DNA of 64,000 nucleotides from Phormidesmis sp. (lineage in GTDB: Bacteria; Cyanobacteriota; Cyanobacteriia; Leptolyngbyales; Leptolyngbyaceae): assembly GCA_965248535.1 (NCBI GenBank), contig CBDFJR010000002.1, positions 1 through 64,000 on the forward strand, written 5' to 3'. The translations under genes and the position numbers were made by a program. A model generated the notes under the pieces. It had not been told where the DNA came from. It saw only the letters and a list, made by a program, of their open reading frames with translations, and did not search any database. Below, piece after piece: positions 11,851-24,153 of the stretch; within the stretch, counting starts at the first letter, position 1; every line of letters begins with the position of its first letter.

Positions 11851-12019
11851 CTCAATGCTCAAAGTCCTGTAGACTGGTAAACGTAAGCAACCAGTTAAGT
11901 GTCCACACCCTTCTGGACTGGGCTGCTGCTGGTCAAAAAGGCAACGGTTCAGACGTGCCTTTCCAGCCATCAAGGCATTTCAATTGTTATCCCTTATCTA
12001 GATAGTTTGGAGAATTTCT

Positions 12020-12331
12020 ATGGCAGCCGTATCTCTGAGCGTGTCCACTGTTCAACCCCTTGGCGATCGCGTGTTCGTCAAAGTCAGTGCCGCTGAAGAA
12101 AAAACCGCAGGTGGCATCTTCTTGCCTGACAACGCTAAAGAAAAGCCCCAGGTCGGCGAAATTGCAGCGATCGGGCCAGGCAAGCGCAATGAAGATGGTT
12201 CTCGTCAAGAGCCAGAAGTCAAAATTGGCGACAAAGTTCTCTACTCAAAATATGCAGGCACCGACATCAAACTCGGCAGCGAAGAGTATGTTTTGTTGTC
12301 AGAGAAAGACATTTTAGCGATCGTTCAGTAG
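12020..12331 (+). CDS. groES: Co-chaperonin GroES
   Basis: [16 protein letters not shown] and KYAGT motifs. Confidence 0.99.
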   Translation: MAAVSLSVSTVQPLGDRVFVKVSAAEEKTAGGIFLPDNAKEKPQVGEIAAIGPGKRNEDGSRQEPEVKIGDKVLYSKYAGTDIKLGSEEYVLLSEKDILAIVQ

Positions 12332-12344
12332 TCCTGAATTCTGA

Positions 12345-14024
<1,680 letters not shown>

Positions 14025-14073
14025 TCGGTTTAGGGACACTACAAATAATGTCCCTATCAATTGAATTAGAGAA

Positions 14074-14111
14074 GCGATCGTTCTTGAACAAGGAGCGATC
14101 GCCCTTTTTTT
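14074..14111 (+). terminator. Rho-independent terminator after groEL
   Basis: GCGATCGTTCTT...AGGAGCGATCGC stem followed by a T-run; a second hairpin TAGGGACA...TGTCCCTA lies at 14031-14056. Confidence 0.8.
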
Positions 14112-14360
14112 GTGTTGATTCGAGATACTTGTGAAATTACGCTCTGTACTCTTAATTCTTTCACTGAGTAGAGACTGTACCACTTAAGCTGGGGAGGTCA
14201 GTAATCCGTTGAGCAATTCCTAGCCTTCCAACCTAGCATAAGCCCAAAAATTAGAGTGCAATATCAACAGGGTCTTTAGTCTTAGCATTGATTCTTGCCC
14301 AAAAAGTATTCCTACTCTAAAGTAGAAGTACTTATACGCCAATTCAAAAGTTTTCGAGAG

Positions 14361-15350
14361 ATGATTGTAGATGTACCGAGCGGAGATGACTTCAAATTTT
14401 CTGGTATTGACTTCTTAAACATGGCTTGGAATATAGCTATAGACTTATTGAAGCCTCTGCGAGAAGCACATGATGCTCAGACAGAATATTATGTTTGGGA
14501 AGATGGACAAATTATTGACACTTACTTTTTACTGACTGAGGAATTAGTTGAGGAATATTGGAAGAAAGCTCAACGGCAACTCAGTACAGCTCTTGCACTG
14601 ATTCAGCAAGGCACTGAATTTCTACTGAAAGGTCATATTGCCACGGTAGATCCACATCTACTCATTTCAGAAAATCTGGCTATCTATTCTGAAACAACAA
14701 ACGGGTGTGATGTTAGATTTAGCGAACTTAAAACAATCAGTGCGTCTGAGCTAATCAGGGTCTACAACTCCGTTTCAAATGTTCTGCCTGAAAACTTTCA
14801 ACGCCGATTTGAAGCTCTCAGAAGCAAGAGAAATACGATCATGCACTCAGTAGATCCAAATTCACCTATCAGAATCACAAATTTACTGATTCAGGTCTTG
14901 GAAGTTTTCTATCACCTTGCTTCTCCAACCTTGTGGCTTGACGCTCGAAGAAGCTTTATTGAGAATATGCCCGACTCGCTATTGTGGGAGCCAGAAGCGA
15001 TAAGGCAGTTCGATTATACTAACCTCACGTTGGCAATTGAGGTTAGTATAATCATTGATCTTTTACAACCATCAGAAGTTCGTAAATATTTTGGTTTTGA
15101 GAAAAAGCAAAGGCGTTACGTTTGTCCTTCTTGTTACTGGGCAACCTTCTACGAGTGCTACTGTCAAGGAGGTGCTAAGGAAGAAATTCCGAGACTGGCT
15201 CAACTATCCCCCAACAAACCGGACAGCGTCTCTGTTTACTGTCTGGTTTGTGGTGAAACAAGTTTAGTTGTTCGGAACAAATGTGGTGAGGAAGATTGCG
15301 CCAGCAACGTAATTAGCGGAGATGGTATGTGCCTTCTCTGCTGCTCATAA
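14361..15350 (+). CDS. Hypothetical protein: HEPN-like domain plus Cys-rich zinc-binding C-terminus
   Basis: ORF is open from 14295, with ATG 14361 as the likely start. It has QQGTEFLLKG and RNTIMH (Rx4H) motifs, then CPSC, CYC, CLVC, Cx4C and CLLC. AT-rich, no HIP1 seen. Confidence 0.65.
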   Translation: MIVDVPSGDDFKFSGIDFLNMAWNIAIDLLKPLREAHDAQTEYYVWEDGQIIDTYFLLTEELVEEYWKKAQRQLSTALALIQQGTEFLLKGHIATVDPHLLISENLAIYSETTNGCDVRFSELKTISASELIRVYNSVSNVLPENFQRRFEALRSKRNTIMHSVDPNSPIRITNLLIQVLEVFYHLASPTLWLDARRSFIENMPDSLLWEPEAIRQFDYTNLTLAIEVSIIIDLLQPSEVRKYFGFEKKQRRYVCPSCYWATFYECYCQGGAKEEIPRLAQLSPNKPDSVSVYCLVCGETSLVVRNKCGEEDCASNVISGDGMCLLCCS

Positions 15351-16023
15351 AGGGTAGTGCCATTTGTTGAATGTATTGAAATGAGCAAGCAAACTCTGGA
15401 ATTTTCCTTCTCCTACCTGATTATTCTTTACTCTTTCTAAAATAGGACTACCCCATAAACTATAATACTCATTTCATTGAGGCTCTACTTCTGACCAGAG
15501 GCGTTCTAACTGATGTCGCCATGCGGCTAGGACTTCTTCTCGCGATCGCGTTCCCTATTTCCATTTCGCCCATCATGCCTTCTTGATAGAAGCGATCGAG
15601 AGTTTGCATCGTCAATTCTAGGGATTTCCCTTGTCCAGAGTGCCCCTAATACTTAGGGGAACTTCCACGTTGTTTCCTCAAAAAGCAAAGAGTGAGCGAC
15701 AATCCACCTTTATATTTCGCTTGCTCTGAACAGTTGGAGTCTATCGCAAATCAATCAAATTCGGATTCTACAATTTTTCTTTTTTAGATGAACTATCATT
15801 GCCTGGAGTTGGGGGATAGGGGGGTCATATTCATCCCTTGGATCTGTAATTCCTTTTTAAAGGGCGGTCGCTTCTCAGAAACACCCACCAACCAGATCAA
15901 AAGTATTACGATCTTTAGTAGAACCTGATACGATGCGAGTTGCTTCAATTTCTGCCTCTGCTTCTGAGAGAATGGGGCAACCCTGATAGGAACCATGACA
16001 GTAACGCATCACCAGTAAGTTTA

Positions 16024-18276
16024 ATGTCAGCCAGCCTCCCAACCGCCACCACCGACTTTATTTCGTTAGAGCAAGCGCTCAAACACTACTTTGGCTATGA
16101 CAGCTTTCGCCCCGGTCAGCGTCAGATTATTGAGCAGACGATCGACAATCGCGATCAGCTAGTGGTCATGCCCACGGGGGGTGGCAAGTCGCTGTGCTTT
16201 CAGCTTCCGGCGCTGCTCAAACCGGGGCTGATGATTGTGGTGTCGCCGCTGATTGCGCTGATGCAAGATCAGGTGACGTTGCTGCAAGACAATGGCATCT
16301 CAGCCACCTTTATGAACAGTAGCTTAAACGCCGACGAGCTACGATCGCGGGGCAGAGCCGTGATGGAAGGTCGAATTAAGCTGCTGTATGTCGCGCCGGA
16401 GCGATTGTTGAGCGAAGATTATTTGAATTCTGTATTGCCGCATATCCGCGATCGGGTCGGCATCTCGGCCTTTGCGATCGACGAAGCGCACTGTGTTTCA
16501 GAATGGGGCCATGATTTTCGTCCTGAATATCGGCAGTTAAATTATTTGCGTGAGCACTATCCAGACGTGCCCGTAATTGCATTAACGGCGACAGCAACTG
16601 AGCGGGTGCGTCATGATATCATTCAGCAATTGCAGTTGCGTGTGCCTAGCGTTCACGTTGCCAGTTTTAATCGGCCGAATTTATATTATGAAGTTCGTCA
16701 AAAAACCAGTAATTCCTATCGAGAATTAGTGCAGCAAATTCGGCAAAGTCAAGGGTCAGGCATTGTCTATTGTCTCAGCCGCAAACGGGTCGAAGAAATT
16801 GCCGCAAAACTCAAACACGATGGCATTGCTGCTCTGCCTTATCACGCAGGATTAGACAATAAAACTCGCAGCGAAAATCAAACGCGCTTCATTCGAGATG
16901 ATGTGAGAGTGATGGTGGCAACCGTCGCTTTTGGAATGGGAATTAACAAGCCAGATGTAAGGCTCGTAGTTCACTACGATTTGCCTCGCAACATCGAAGG
17001 CTATTATCAAGAATCAGGTCGAGCCGGACGCGATAGTGAACCGTCGCACTGTACGCTCTACTTCGGGGTAGGTGACATTAAAACGATCGAGTTTCTGATT
17101 GGTCAAAAAGTCGATCCGATATCGGGTGAGCCATTAGAAGACGAACAGCGAATTGCAACGCAGCAGTTACGCCGAGTCATCAACTATGCAGAAGCGACCG
17201 AATGCCGTCGCACCATTCAATTAGCCTATTTTGGCGAAGACTTTCCGGGCAACTGCGGCAACTGTGACAACTGTCGCTATCCCAAACCGATCGAAGACTG
17301 GACGATCGACGCTCAAAAATTTCTCTCGTGCATTGCCCGCTTTTCTCAACAAGGGCAGAGTTTTGGCATGGGCTACACGATCGACGTGCTGCGCGGCTCA
17401 AAAGCCGATCGCATTCTCAAAAACAGACATGACCAACTTTCAACCTATGGCATTGGCAAAGATCGCAGCATCGAAGAATGGCGAATGTTAGGGCGATCGC
17501 TGCTGCATCAGCGACTAGTCGAAGAAGCCACTGACGGCTATTCGGTTCTCAAGCTCAACGAGCTAAGTTGGGAAGTCTTGCGAAAACAGCGATCGGTGAA
17601 TATTGCCGTAGTGCAACTCAAGCAAAAACTCAGCGTCACCAAAGCCCCTGATCTCAACACGCCAGAGACCGAAGAACTCTACGAAATTTTGCAAAAACTT
17701 CGCAAACAGTTGGCAGACAAACAAGCAGTGCCGCCTTACGTGATTTTCTCGAATGCGAGTTTGCGATTGATGGCGCAACAGCAGCCCCAAACTCGCGCTC
17801 AGTTTCGAGAAATTTCGGGCGTGGGCGATCGCAAGCTCTCCCAATATGGCGACGCATTTTTAGATGAGATTCGTGACTTTCGAGCCGAAAAAGGATTGCC
17901 CGTCGAAAGCGATCGCTTTGCGGTAGTCTCGACTCCGATCGCCCCCATTGCGCCCCCAACTCAACCCGAATCGAGTCAGGCAACCTACACCCAGCTTCAC
18001 ACTTTAGAGCTATTTAATCAGGGTCTAAAACCTGCTGATATTGCCGAGCAGCGAAGTATTCGTCTCAATACCGTGACGGGGCACCTGGCTGAGTTGTTAG
18101 AGATGGGCTACGCCGTGGAGATCGAGCGGTTAGTGAGCAGCGATCGTCGAGACAAAATCATCGAAGCAATGGAAACGGTAGGAGACAATTCTCTCACTCA
18201 AATCCGCGATTATCTCGGAGACGTGTATGGCTATGACGAGATTCGCCTAGTGCGATCGTGGTGGCGACAGCAGTGA
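16024..18276 (+). CDS. recQ: ATP-dependent DNA helicase RecQ
   Basis: [32 protein letters not shown], Zn/RQC and HRDC regions; ATG 16024 preferred over TTG 15940. Confidence 0.97.
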   Translation: MSASLPTATTDFISLEQALKHYFGYDSFRPGQRQIIEQTIDNRDQLVVMPTGGGKSLCFQLPALLKPGLMIVVSPLIALMQDQVTLLQDNGISATFMNSSLNADELRSRGRAVMEGRIKLLYVAPERLLSEDYLNSVLPHIRDRVGISAFAIDEAHCVSEWGHDFRPEYRQLNYLREHYPDVPVIALTATATERVRHDIIQQLQLRVPSVHVASFNRPNLYYEVRQKTSNSYRELVQQIRQSQGSGIVYCLSRKRVEEIAAKLKHDGIAALPYHAGLDNKTRSENQTRFIRDDVRVMVATVAFGMGINKPDVRLVVHYDLPRNIEGYYQESGRAGRDSEPSHCTLYFGVGDIKTIEFLIGQKVDPISGEPLEDEQRIATQQLRRVINYAEATECRRTIQLAYFGEDFPGNCGNCDNCRYPKPIEDWTIDAQKFLSCIARFSQQGQSFGMGYTIDVLRGSKADRILKNRHDQLSTYGIGKDRSIEEWRMLGRSLLHQRLVEEATDGYSVLKLNELSWEVLRKQRSVNIAVVQLKQKLSVTKAPDLNTPETEELYEILQKLRKQLADKQAVPPYVIFSNASLRLMAQQQPQTRAQFREISGVGDRKLSQYGDAFLDEIRDFRAEKGLPVESDRFAVVSTPIAPIAPPTQPESSQATYTQLHTLELFNQGLKPADIAEQRSIRLNTVTGHLAELLEMGYAVEIERLVSSDRRDKIIEAMETVGDNSLTQIRDYLGDVYGYDEIRLVRSWWRQQ

Positions 18277-18310
18277 TTGGCAACAACCACCGCTCTAAGG
18301 GAATCAGAAA

Positions 18311-18667
18311 ATGTTCGACAACATCTCCAAATTTTTAGCCGAACAGTTTTCGGCAGATTTTGCCAGTTGGCTGATTGGTGAACCGATCGCCTTAACAGAA
18401 TTGAGTCCCTCTGAACTGTCGCTTGAGCCAATTCGCGCCGATGCGCTGATTTTGCTGGAGTCCGATCGCGTGGTGCTGCACTGCGAGTTTCAGACCGATC
18501 CTGACCCAACAATGCCCTTGAGCATGGCGGACTATCGACTGCGAGTTTATCGGCGCTTTCCTCAAAAACAGATGGTGCAAGTGGTGATTTATCTGCGGCG
18601 ATCGTCCTCAGAGCTTGTCTATGTTAGTAGACTTGTTGCAAACCAGGCTGACAGCTTTGTTGTCTAA
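18311..18667 (+). pseudogene. Truncated Rpn-family (PD-(D/E)XK, recombination-promoting nuclease/putative transposase) gene
   Basis: MFDNISKFLAE, EPIRADALILL, LHCEFQT and MADYRLR form the N-terminal part of this cyanobacterial family. Family-like sequence appears to end near 18622 and the ORF is only 118 aa. Confidence 0.75.
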
Positions 18668-18840
18668 CTCCCCCAAAAACGCGATTTGTTTGGGGCAAGG
18701 CAACTGTAGACCACCTCGTGCATAAAACCTGTACTTGTGACGAAATCCACAATCGGCTAAGAACTAGTAGTCAACTCACTCAAGCGCCGGACAATCAGTA
18801 CACCTGATGATGATTGCAAGAACTGCCTTTTCCCGTCAAA

Positions 18841-20829
18841 TTAGACAGTCGCGATCGTAAACCAAGCCCGCAACACTTCTGCCACAGTCCACGCTTGAGC
18901 AATGCAACCTCGCGGATTCATCGGCGCATCGCCGTCAAAAATCTCGCTCAAACTACCAACCCCATGATTGGTGAGATGGGCTGCCATCGGTTCTAAAAAC
19001 TCTCGCGCTTTAGCCGGATTGTTATAAACGCGCAGATGAGCGATCGTAAAGGCACCCATCAGCCAACCCCAAGCCGTGCCTTGATGATAGGCTCCATCTC
19101 GCCGCAGTTGAGAGCCGCCATAGTGCCCTTGATAGCTAGAATGTGAGGGAGAGAGCGATCGTAGTCCATAAGACGTGAGCAGCGATCGAGAACAGGCATC
19201 GACCACACTTTTTTGTTGAGCCGCAGTTAATGGACTTTCGGGCAGAGACACCGCAAAAATCTGATTAGGACGCAGCGCTAAATCGTGACCGTCAGGGCCG
19301 TCTAACACGTCATAACAATAGCCCTCAGCCTCGTTCCAAAATCGAGAAAACCTGGCTAACACTCGGTCTGCCATCGCATCATATTCTCGGTGCGGCTTGC
19401 CGATTTGACGAGCAAACTTGGCCATAATTCGCAATGCGTTGTACCACAAAGCGTTAATCTCAACGGGCTTGCCGATGCGCGGAGTCACCACCCAATCGCC
19501 GACTTTGGCATCCATCCAGGTGAGTTGCGTCCCGGCCTCTCCGGCATAGAGCAACCCATCGGCAGGGTCAAGGTGAATGTCATAGCGAGTGCCGCGACAG
19601 TGCCAATCGATCACATCTGCCAAGACGGGAAAAATATCGTGCAGCAAGTCCCGATCGTCCGTCGCGTTGTAATAAGCCTGAATCGCAATAAAGTACCACA
19701 GCGTTGCATCGACGGTGTTATAGTCTGGAGCCTCGCCCACATCGGGAAAGCGATTGGGCAACATGCCCTGATCGATATGCAGCGCAAAGGTTTGAATGAT
19801 GGATCGAGCAATCTCTGGGCGACCCGTTGTCAGCGTCAACCCTGGTAGACTAATCATCGTGTCTCGCCCCCAGTCGCCAAACCAGGGATAGCCCGCCACG
19901 ATCGTCTTTCCGTTAGGATTATTGGGCTGCGATCGATTCACAATAAATTGATCGGCAGCTAAAACTAATTGTCTAATCCAAACCGGGGCAGAATCGGTTT
20001 GTTTGCCCTGATCAATTTTCCAGCGATCGAGGAGTTTTTGCTCATAGGCGTGTTGAGTGCGTAGGGCCGTTTCTCCGTCAAGATTGGGCGTTGCGTCGGT
20101 GCTGGCGATAAACGTCACTGACTCGCCGGGGTGCAGGGTCGCCTCAAAGGTCGCGGCGTGGAGATGATCGTCTTGATCATTGAGTCCCCGATCGCGCTCA
20201 ACGGTCAACTCATAGCCATAATACCAATCGTGCATGGGGGTTGCTTTTGCGCCCCGACACAGCAAATAGAATGGTGTGGCTTCGGGGTAGGCTGAAATGC
20301 AAACGCCTTTGCCGATCGAGTCAACACCCATTTGCCACTGGTTGCCCTGAGTGTCGCTGTGGTGGTCGCGATAGTTGACGAGGGCTTTTAGCGTCAGCGT
20401 CATGGGCTGAGTCGCTCGGTGCAGGTGATATTGCACATAGGTGGTGTTGGCTCCTTGCTGCATCCAAACGCGTTTTTCGAGCAGAGCATCGCCACAGGCA
20501 AACCGCCACACGGGCACGGTTCCTTCTAAAGAAAACCGCTCGATGTGGCGATAGCCGTTAGAGCAGACGATGCCCCCTGTCCAGCGATTGGTGCTAAGGG
20601 GGTAGAAGTCTTTGCCATAGCGGACGCTTTCATCAAGCTTAGTGACGAGCAGCGTGCGCTGCTGAGGAGGTTTGAGCGCGGCAACTAATAAGCCATGATA
20701 ACGACGGGTGAGCAGCCCCCCGATCGTGCCTGATGCATATCCGCCAATGCCGTTGGTGACGAGCCATTCTCGTGTTTCCGCAGCCGCGAGTGTGCCACAG
20801 ATCTCTCGTCCAAAATCGATACTCATCAC
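18841..20829 (-). CDS. Amylo-alpha-1,6-glucosidase (glycogen debranching enzyme family)
   Basis: EWLVTNGIGGYA, AGYPWFGDWGRD, TWMDA, RPNQ, YHQGTAW and QAWTVAE motifs. Confidence 0.93.
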   Translation of the reverse strand: MMSIDFGREICGTLAAAETREWLVTNGIGGYASGTIGGLLTRRYHGLLVAALKPPQQRTLLVTKLDESVRYGKDFYPLSTNRWTGGIVCSNGYRHIERFSLEGTVPVWRFACGDALLEKRVWMQQGANTTYVQYHLHRATQPMTLTLKALVNYRDHHSDTQGNQWQMGVDSIGKGVCISAYPEATPFYLLCRGAKATPMHDWYYGYELTVERDRGLNDQDDHLHAATFEATLHPGESVTFIASTDATPNLDGETALRTQHAYEQKLLDRWKIDQGKQTDSAPVWIRQLVLAADQFIVNRSQPNNPNGKTIVAGYPWFGDWGRDTMISLPGLTLTTGRPEIARSIIQTFALHIDQGMLPNRFPDVGEAPDYNTVDATLWYFIAIQAYYNATDDRDLLHDIFPVLADVIDWHCRGTRYDIHLDPADGLLYAGEAGTQLTWMDAKVGDWVVTPRIGKPVEINALWYNALRIMAKFARQIGKPHREYDAMADRVLARFSRFWNEAEGYCYDVLDGPDGHDLALRPNQIFAVSLPESPLTAAQQKSVVDACSRSLLTSYGLRSLSPSHSSYQGHYGGSQLRRDGAYHQGTAWGWLMGAFTIAHLRVYNNPAKAREFLEPMAAHLTNHGVGSLSEIFDGDAPMNPRGCIAQAWTVAEVLRAWFTIATV

Positions 20830-21190
20830 AAAAAGCCTTTCCGGGTAGCGTCTTCATTTACCCTGATATGGGGCGAAAGGGCAAGCGATCGCAGCAATTG
20901 TTACGACCTGTGTGAGTGCTTACCTCAGTTCTATAAATCGTTCCGTTAGGCATGATTGCCCCAGAAAAGTTCACTTCTTTAAGACTGACGCATCGCCAAA
21001 ATCAAAGGATGTAAGCTAACGAAGTTGAGTCATTTCAGGATTGCTTCAGAGCGAGACAATGGGGCTTCCCGAATTCATAATCGGAGTGAATCACGTCTAT
21101 CGAACTCACGTCATTAGTAGAGAGAGCAACTTGCATTCAGCCCCGTCAGACGCGCTAAAATCAGGGTCAAAGCCTGGGAGAACAACCGTC

Positions 21191-21913
21191 TTGCCTACAC
21201 TCGGAGTCAACATCGATCATATTGCCACGATTCGGCAGGCTCGTCGCACCGTGGAGCCTGATCCCGTCGCAGCGGCCGTCTTGGCAGAACTCGCGGGAGC
21301 CGATGGCATCACCGTTCATCTGCGGGAAGATCGGCGGCACATTCAAGATCGAGATGTGCAATTATTGCGGCAAACCGTGCGAACGCATTTAAATTTAGAA
21401 ATGGCGGCGACCGATGAAATGGTGGCGATCGCTCTCACCATCCAGCCCGATTATGTAACGCTGGTGCCCGAAAAACGCGAAGAGGTCACGACCGAAGGCG
21501 GGCTAGACATCGCCGGGCAGCTAGATCGAATGACATTCGTCGTCCGTCAGCTTCAAGACGCACAGATTCCGGTGAGTTTATTTATTGATGCCGATCGGGG
21601 ACAAATCGATGCGTCTGCCGCCACGGGTGCCCAATTTATCGAGCTACACACCGGGCAATATGCCGAAGCACGCACCGAAGTCAGTCGCGCCAAAGAGTTG
21701 CAGATTTTGGCAGAGGGGTGTGAGCACGCGATCGCTGCCGGGCTGCGCGTCAACGCCGGACACGGACTCACTTATTGGAACGCTTATGCGATCGCGTGTC
21801 TCCCAGGCATGGAAGAATTGAATATTGGACACACCATCATCAGCCGGGCTGCCCTCGTGGGGCTAGACCGCGCCGTCCGAGAAATGAAACAAGTGATTCA
21901 AGGAAAAGGGTAA
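21191..21913 (+). CDS. pdxJ: Pyridoxine 5'-phosphate synthase
   Basis: [26 protein letters not shown] and AGHGL motifs; likely TTG start at 21191. Confidence 0.97.
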   Translation: MPTLGVNIDHIATIRQARRTVEPDPVAAAVLAELAGADGITVHLREDRRHIQDRDVQLLRQTVRTHLNLEMAATDEMVAIALTIQPDYVTLVPEKREEVTTEGGLDIAGQLDRMTFVVRQLQDAQIPVSLFIDADRGQIDASAATGAQFIELHTGQYAEARTEVSRAKELQILAEGCEHAIAAGLRVNAGHGLTYWNAYAIACLPGMEELNIGHTIISRAALVGLDRAVREMKQVIQGKG

Positions 21914-22239
21914 TGACGACCTATTATTACGTTTTAGCAAGCCAGAAGTTTTTGGCCGAAGACGAACCGATCGACGAAATCTTTAAAGAGCGGACTCGCA
22001 ACTATCAAGAAAACGAAAAAGAAATTGATTTCTGGCTGGTCAAACAGCCCGCGTTTCTCGACGCGCCTGAAATGGCTGCGATCAAAGCTCAGTGTCCTCA
22101 GCCTGCGGCGGCGATCGTCTCCACCAACAAACAATTTATTACCTGGCTAAAGCTGCGGCTAGAATATGTGATCACAGGCGAGTTTCAGGAGTCAGCAACG
22201 ATTCCCCAGCCGTTGGCTTCTCTGGCTGCCGTTTCGTGA
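21913..22239 (+). CDS. ycf54: Ycf54, MgPME-cyclase complex protein
   Basis: [26 protein letters not shown] and FITWLKLRLEYV; ATG overlaps the pdxJ stop (TAATG). Confidence 0.92.
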   Translation: MTTYYYVLASQKFLAEDEPIDEIFKERTRNYQENEKEIDFWLVKQPAFLDAPEMAAIKAQCPQPAAAIVSTNKQFITWLKLRLEYVITGEFQESATIPQPLASLAAVS

Positions 22240-22290
22240 TACTCTGCGAATTCACTGACACGACTCAGCTATTTGCGGACAAACAAGACT

Positions 22291-23001
22291 ATGAACCCGA
22301 CGATTGTGCGCTCTTATTGGATTGGTTTGAAAGCACTTCCCGCGATCGTTGGGCTATGGGCAACTGGGCAGGGCGCGATCGCTCAAACCAATCTCTCGCC
22401 GTGTCAGCCCCCCAACGCTGGCGAATATCTGCTGTTGGTCGTGAGCAAAACTCCAGACGTGCGCGATCGGTTAGTCAAGGTGCTGCCAACCACGACTAGC
22501 ACGGCAGTTTGTCGCTATTTAGATGAGGTGGTGACTCGCGTCAGTGGGTTTAACACGATAGAAACCGCCAGTTCTTGGGCGCAATATTTGACTGAAACCG
22601 TTGGGCTACAGGCCTTTGTCACTCGACCGACGATCGCCGGAGATGGGTCTCAAAATCCCGTCAAAACGGTCACGGCTCCGGCATCGGCTCCAAATTCCTC
22701 TAGTCCTTTAAAGTACAATCCTCAACCGTTAGGGACGGGCTACGCGGTTTTGGTGAGCTACTTTAACCAGCCAGAGTTGGCAACTCAGCTACAGCAAGCC
22801 CTTAAAAAAGAGGTTGGGTTGGTGTCTTATGGGCAGCGTCCTTATTTGTTGGCGACCTACACCACTAACCAGAGTGCCGCAAACGCCACGCTGCAAAACT
22901 TGAGCGATCGGGGCTTTTTTGTCATGGTGGTAGATAGCCGCCGCGTCACGTTGCTGAAGTCGAGTGTGCAGGTGTCACCGCCCGCCGTGGGAGGGCGCTA
23001 G
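22291..23001 (+). CDS. Hypothetical exported protein
   Basis: Signal-peptide-like N-terminus and two small domains joined by a P/S/T linker; co-oriented with neighbours. Confidence 0.65.
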   Translation: MNPTIVRSYWIGLKALPAIVGLWATGQGAIAQTNLSPCQPPNAGEYLLLVVSKTPDVRDRLVKVLPTTTSTAVCRYLDEVVTRVSGFNTIETASSWAQYLTETVGLQAFVTRPTIAGDGSQNPVKTVTAPASAPNSSSPLKYNPQPLGTGYAVLVSYFNQPELATQLQQALKKEVGLVSYGQRPYLLATYTTNQSAANATLQNLSDRGFFVMVVDSRRVTLLKSSVQVSPPAVGGR

Positions 23002-23008
23002 CCGCTTC

Positions 23009-23644
23009 ATGATCTTAGACCCGCAAAAGTCCTACACCTTTTCTAACTACTTCGAGATGCGAATTGACGCGCTCGACCTGGCGGAATATTTTGGCTACTC
23101 CTTTAAGAGAGCGCCCCTAGATCTGCCTCGATATGCAGGGGAACTCGATCGCTGCATTCCCCTAAAAGAAGATCTCGTCTCGATCATTCCCCGCTTGATT
23201 CGTCTCAATGAGCAGTCCAAGCGAGAAGCGATCATTTTCCCGATTCTGAAAACTGCCTTGCTCTATGCCGATGCTGCGGTGCGGATTGAGCAACCCATTA
23301 AAGTGTCGGAACAGTTACAGGGAGTTCTAGACTATCTGTTGACAGTAGACAATCTCAAACAGCTTGTGGTGATTGAGGCAAAGCAAGGAGATCTAGATTA
23401 TGGGTTTTCTCAACTCCTAGCAGAAATGATTGCCCTCGATCGCTGGGAGCGATCGCCCTCTCTAGAACAGCAGCCCATCCTGATCGGAGCGGTCACCATC
23501 GGGGAGCTTTGGCGATTTGGAACGCTGAATCGACTCACGCAAGCGATCGTAGAAGACACGATCGGCTACCAGGCTCCCAGCGATCTAGAACCCCTGCTGA
23601 GAATCTTGGTTCAGTCTCTTTTGCAGTCGAACCCTCAGCCTTGA
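23009..23644 (+). CDS. Hypothetical protein with PD-(D/E)XK-like nuclease motif
   Basis: LNEQSKRE, GVLDYLL...VVIEAK, QLLAEMIAL and GAVTIGELWRFG motifs. Confidence 0.65.
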   Translation: MILDPQKSYTFSNYFEMRIDALDLAEYFGYSFKRAPLDLPRYAGELDRCIPLKEDLVSIIPRLIRLNEQSKREAIIFPILKTALLYADAAVRIEQPIKVSEQLQGVLDYLLTVDNLKQLVVIEAKQGDLDYGFSQLLAEMIALDRWERSPSLEQQPILIGAVTIGELWRFGTLNRLTQAIVEDTIGYQAPSDLEPLLRILVQSLLQSNPQP

Positions 23645-23664
23645 ACCCAAACAGCAACCTATCG

Positions 23665-24126
23665 CTATCGACTGAAGATGAATTCTGCGCCAAACGAGAT
23701 GGCGATGCCTAAGATCGACCCGACGATCACCTGAAAGGGCGTATGACCCAATAGCTCTTTGAGCCGCTCTTCGGTAAATTGATGCTCTCCTTGGAAAAAT
23801 TCATCAATGATTTGATTCAAGATTCGAGCCTGCTTGCCCGCCGCTTGCCGAACGCCTGCGGCATCATACATAACGACAATGGCGACGATCGTGGCGATCG
23901 CAAACTCGTTGCTTGCCCAGCCTGAGGTTTGCCCCACGCCTGCCGCCAGCGCTGTCACCAGAGCCGAGTGAGAGCTTGGCATTCCACCGCTCTCGACCAC
24001 AACGTGAAAATTTAGCTTGCGGTTCTTCACCAGTTCCACAATTAGCTTAGTCGCTTGAGTTAGCAGGCAAGCGAAAATCGCAACTAGCAGCACTCTGTTA
24101 TCTAATAAGTCGCCAAAGTCCTGCAT
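23665..24126 (-). CDS. Divergent PAP2 family (DUF212) protein
   Basis: SGGMPSSHSA, VMYDAAGVR and LGHTP motifs; follows crtE. Confidence 0.9.
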   Translation of the reverse strand: MQDFGDLLDNRVLLVAIFACLLTQATKLIVELVKNRKLNFHVVVESGGMPSSHSALVTALAAGVGQTSGWASNEFAIATIVAIVVMYDAAGVRQAAGKQARILNQIIDEFFQGEHQFTEERLKELLGHTPFQVIVGSILGIAISFGAEFIFSR

Positions 24127-24153
24127 AGTTTAAAGCTTAAGGTGATGCGTTTT

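Noticed and set aside
15470..15700. Minus-strand peptide-like fragments (LELTMQTLDRFYQEG and REEVLAAWRHQLERLWSEVE)
   Set aside because: They lie in different frames with stops and no recognisable family. A gene remnant is possible but not supportable.
15940..16023. N-terminal extensions in the ORF track for recQ, and likewise pdxJ (21041), ycf54 (21775), moxR (33451), xfp (39742) and the hydrolase (54819)
   Set aside because: Family similarity begins at downstream starts; the extensions come from longest-ORF calling.
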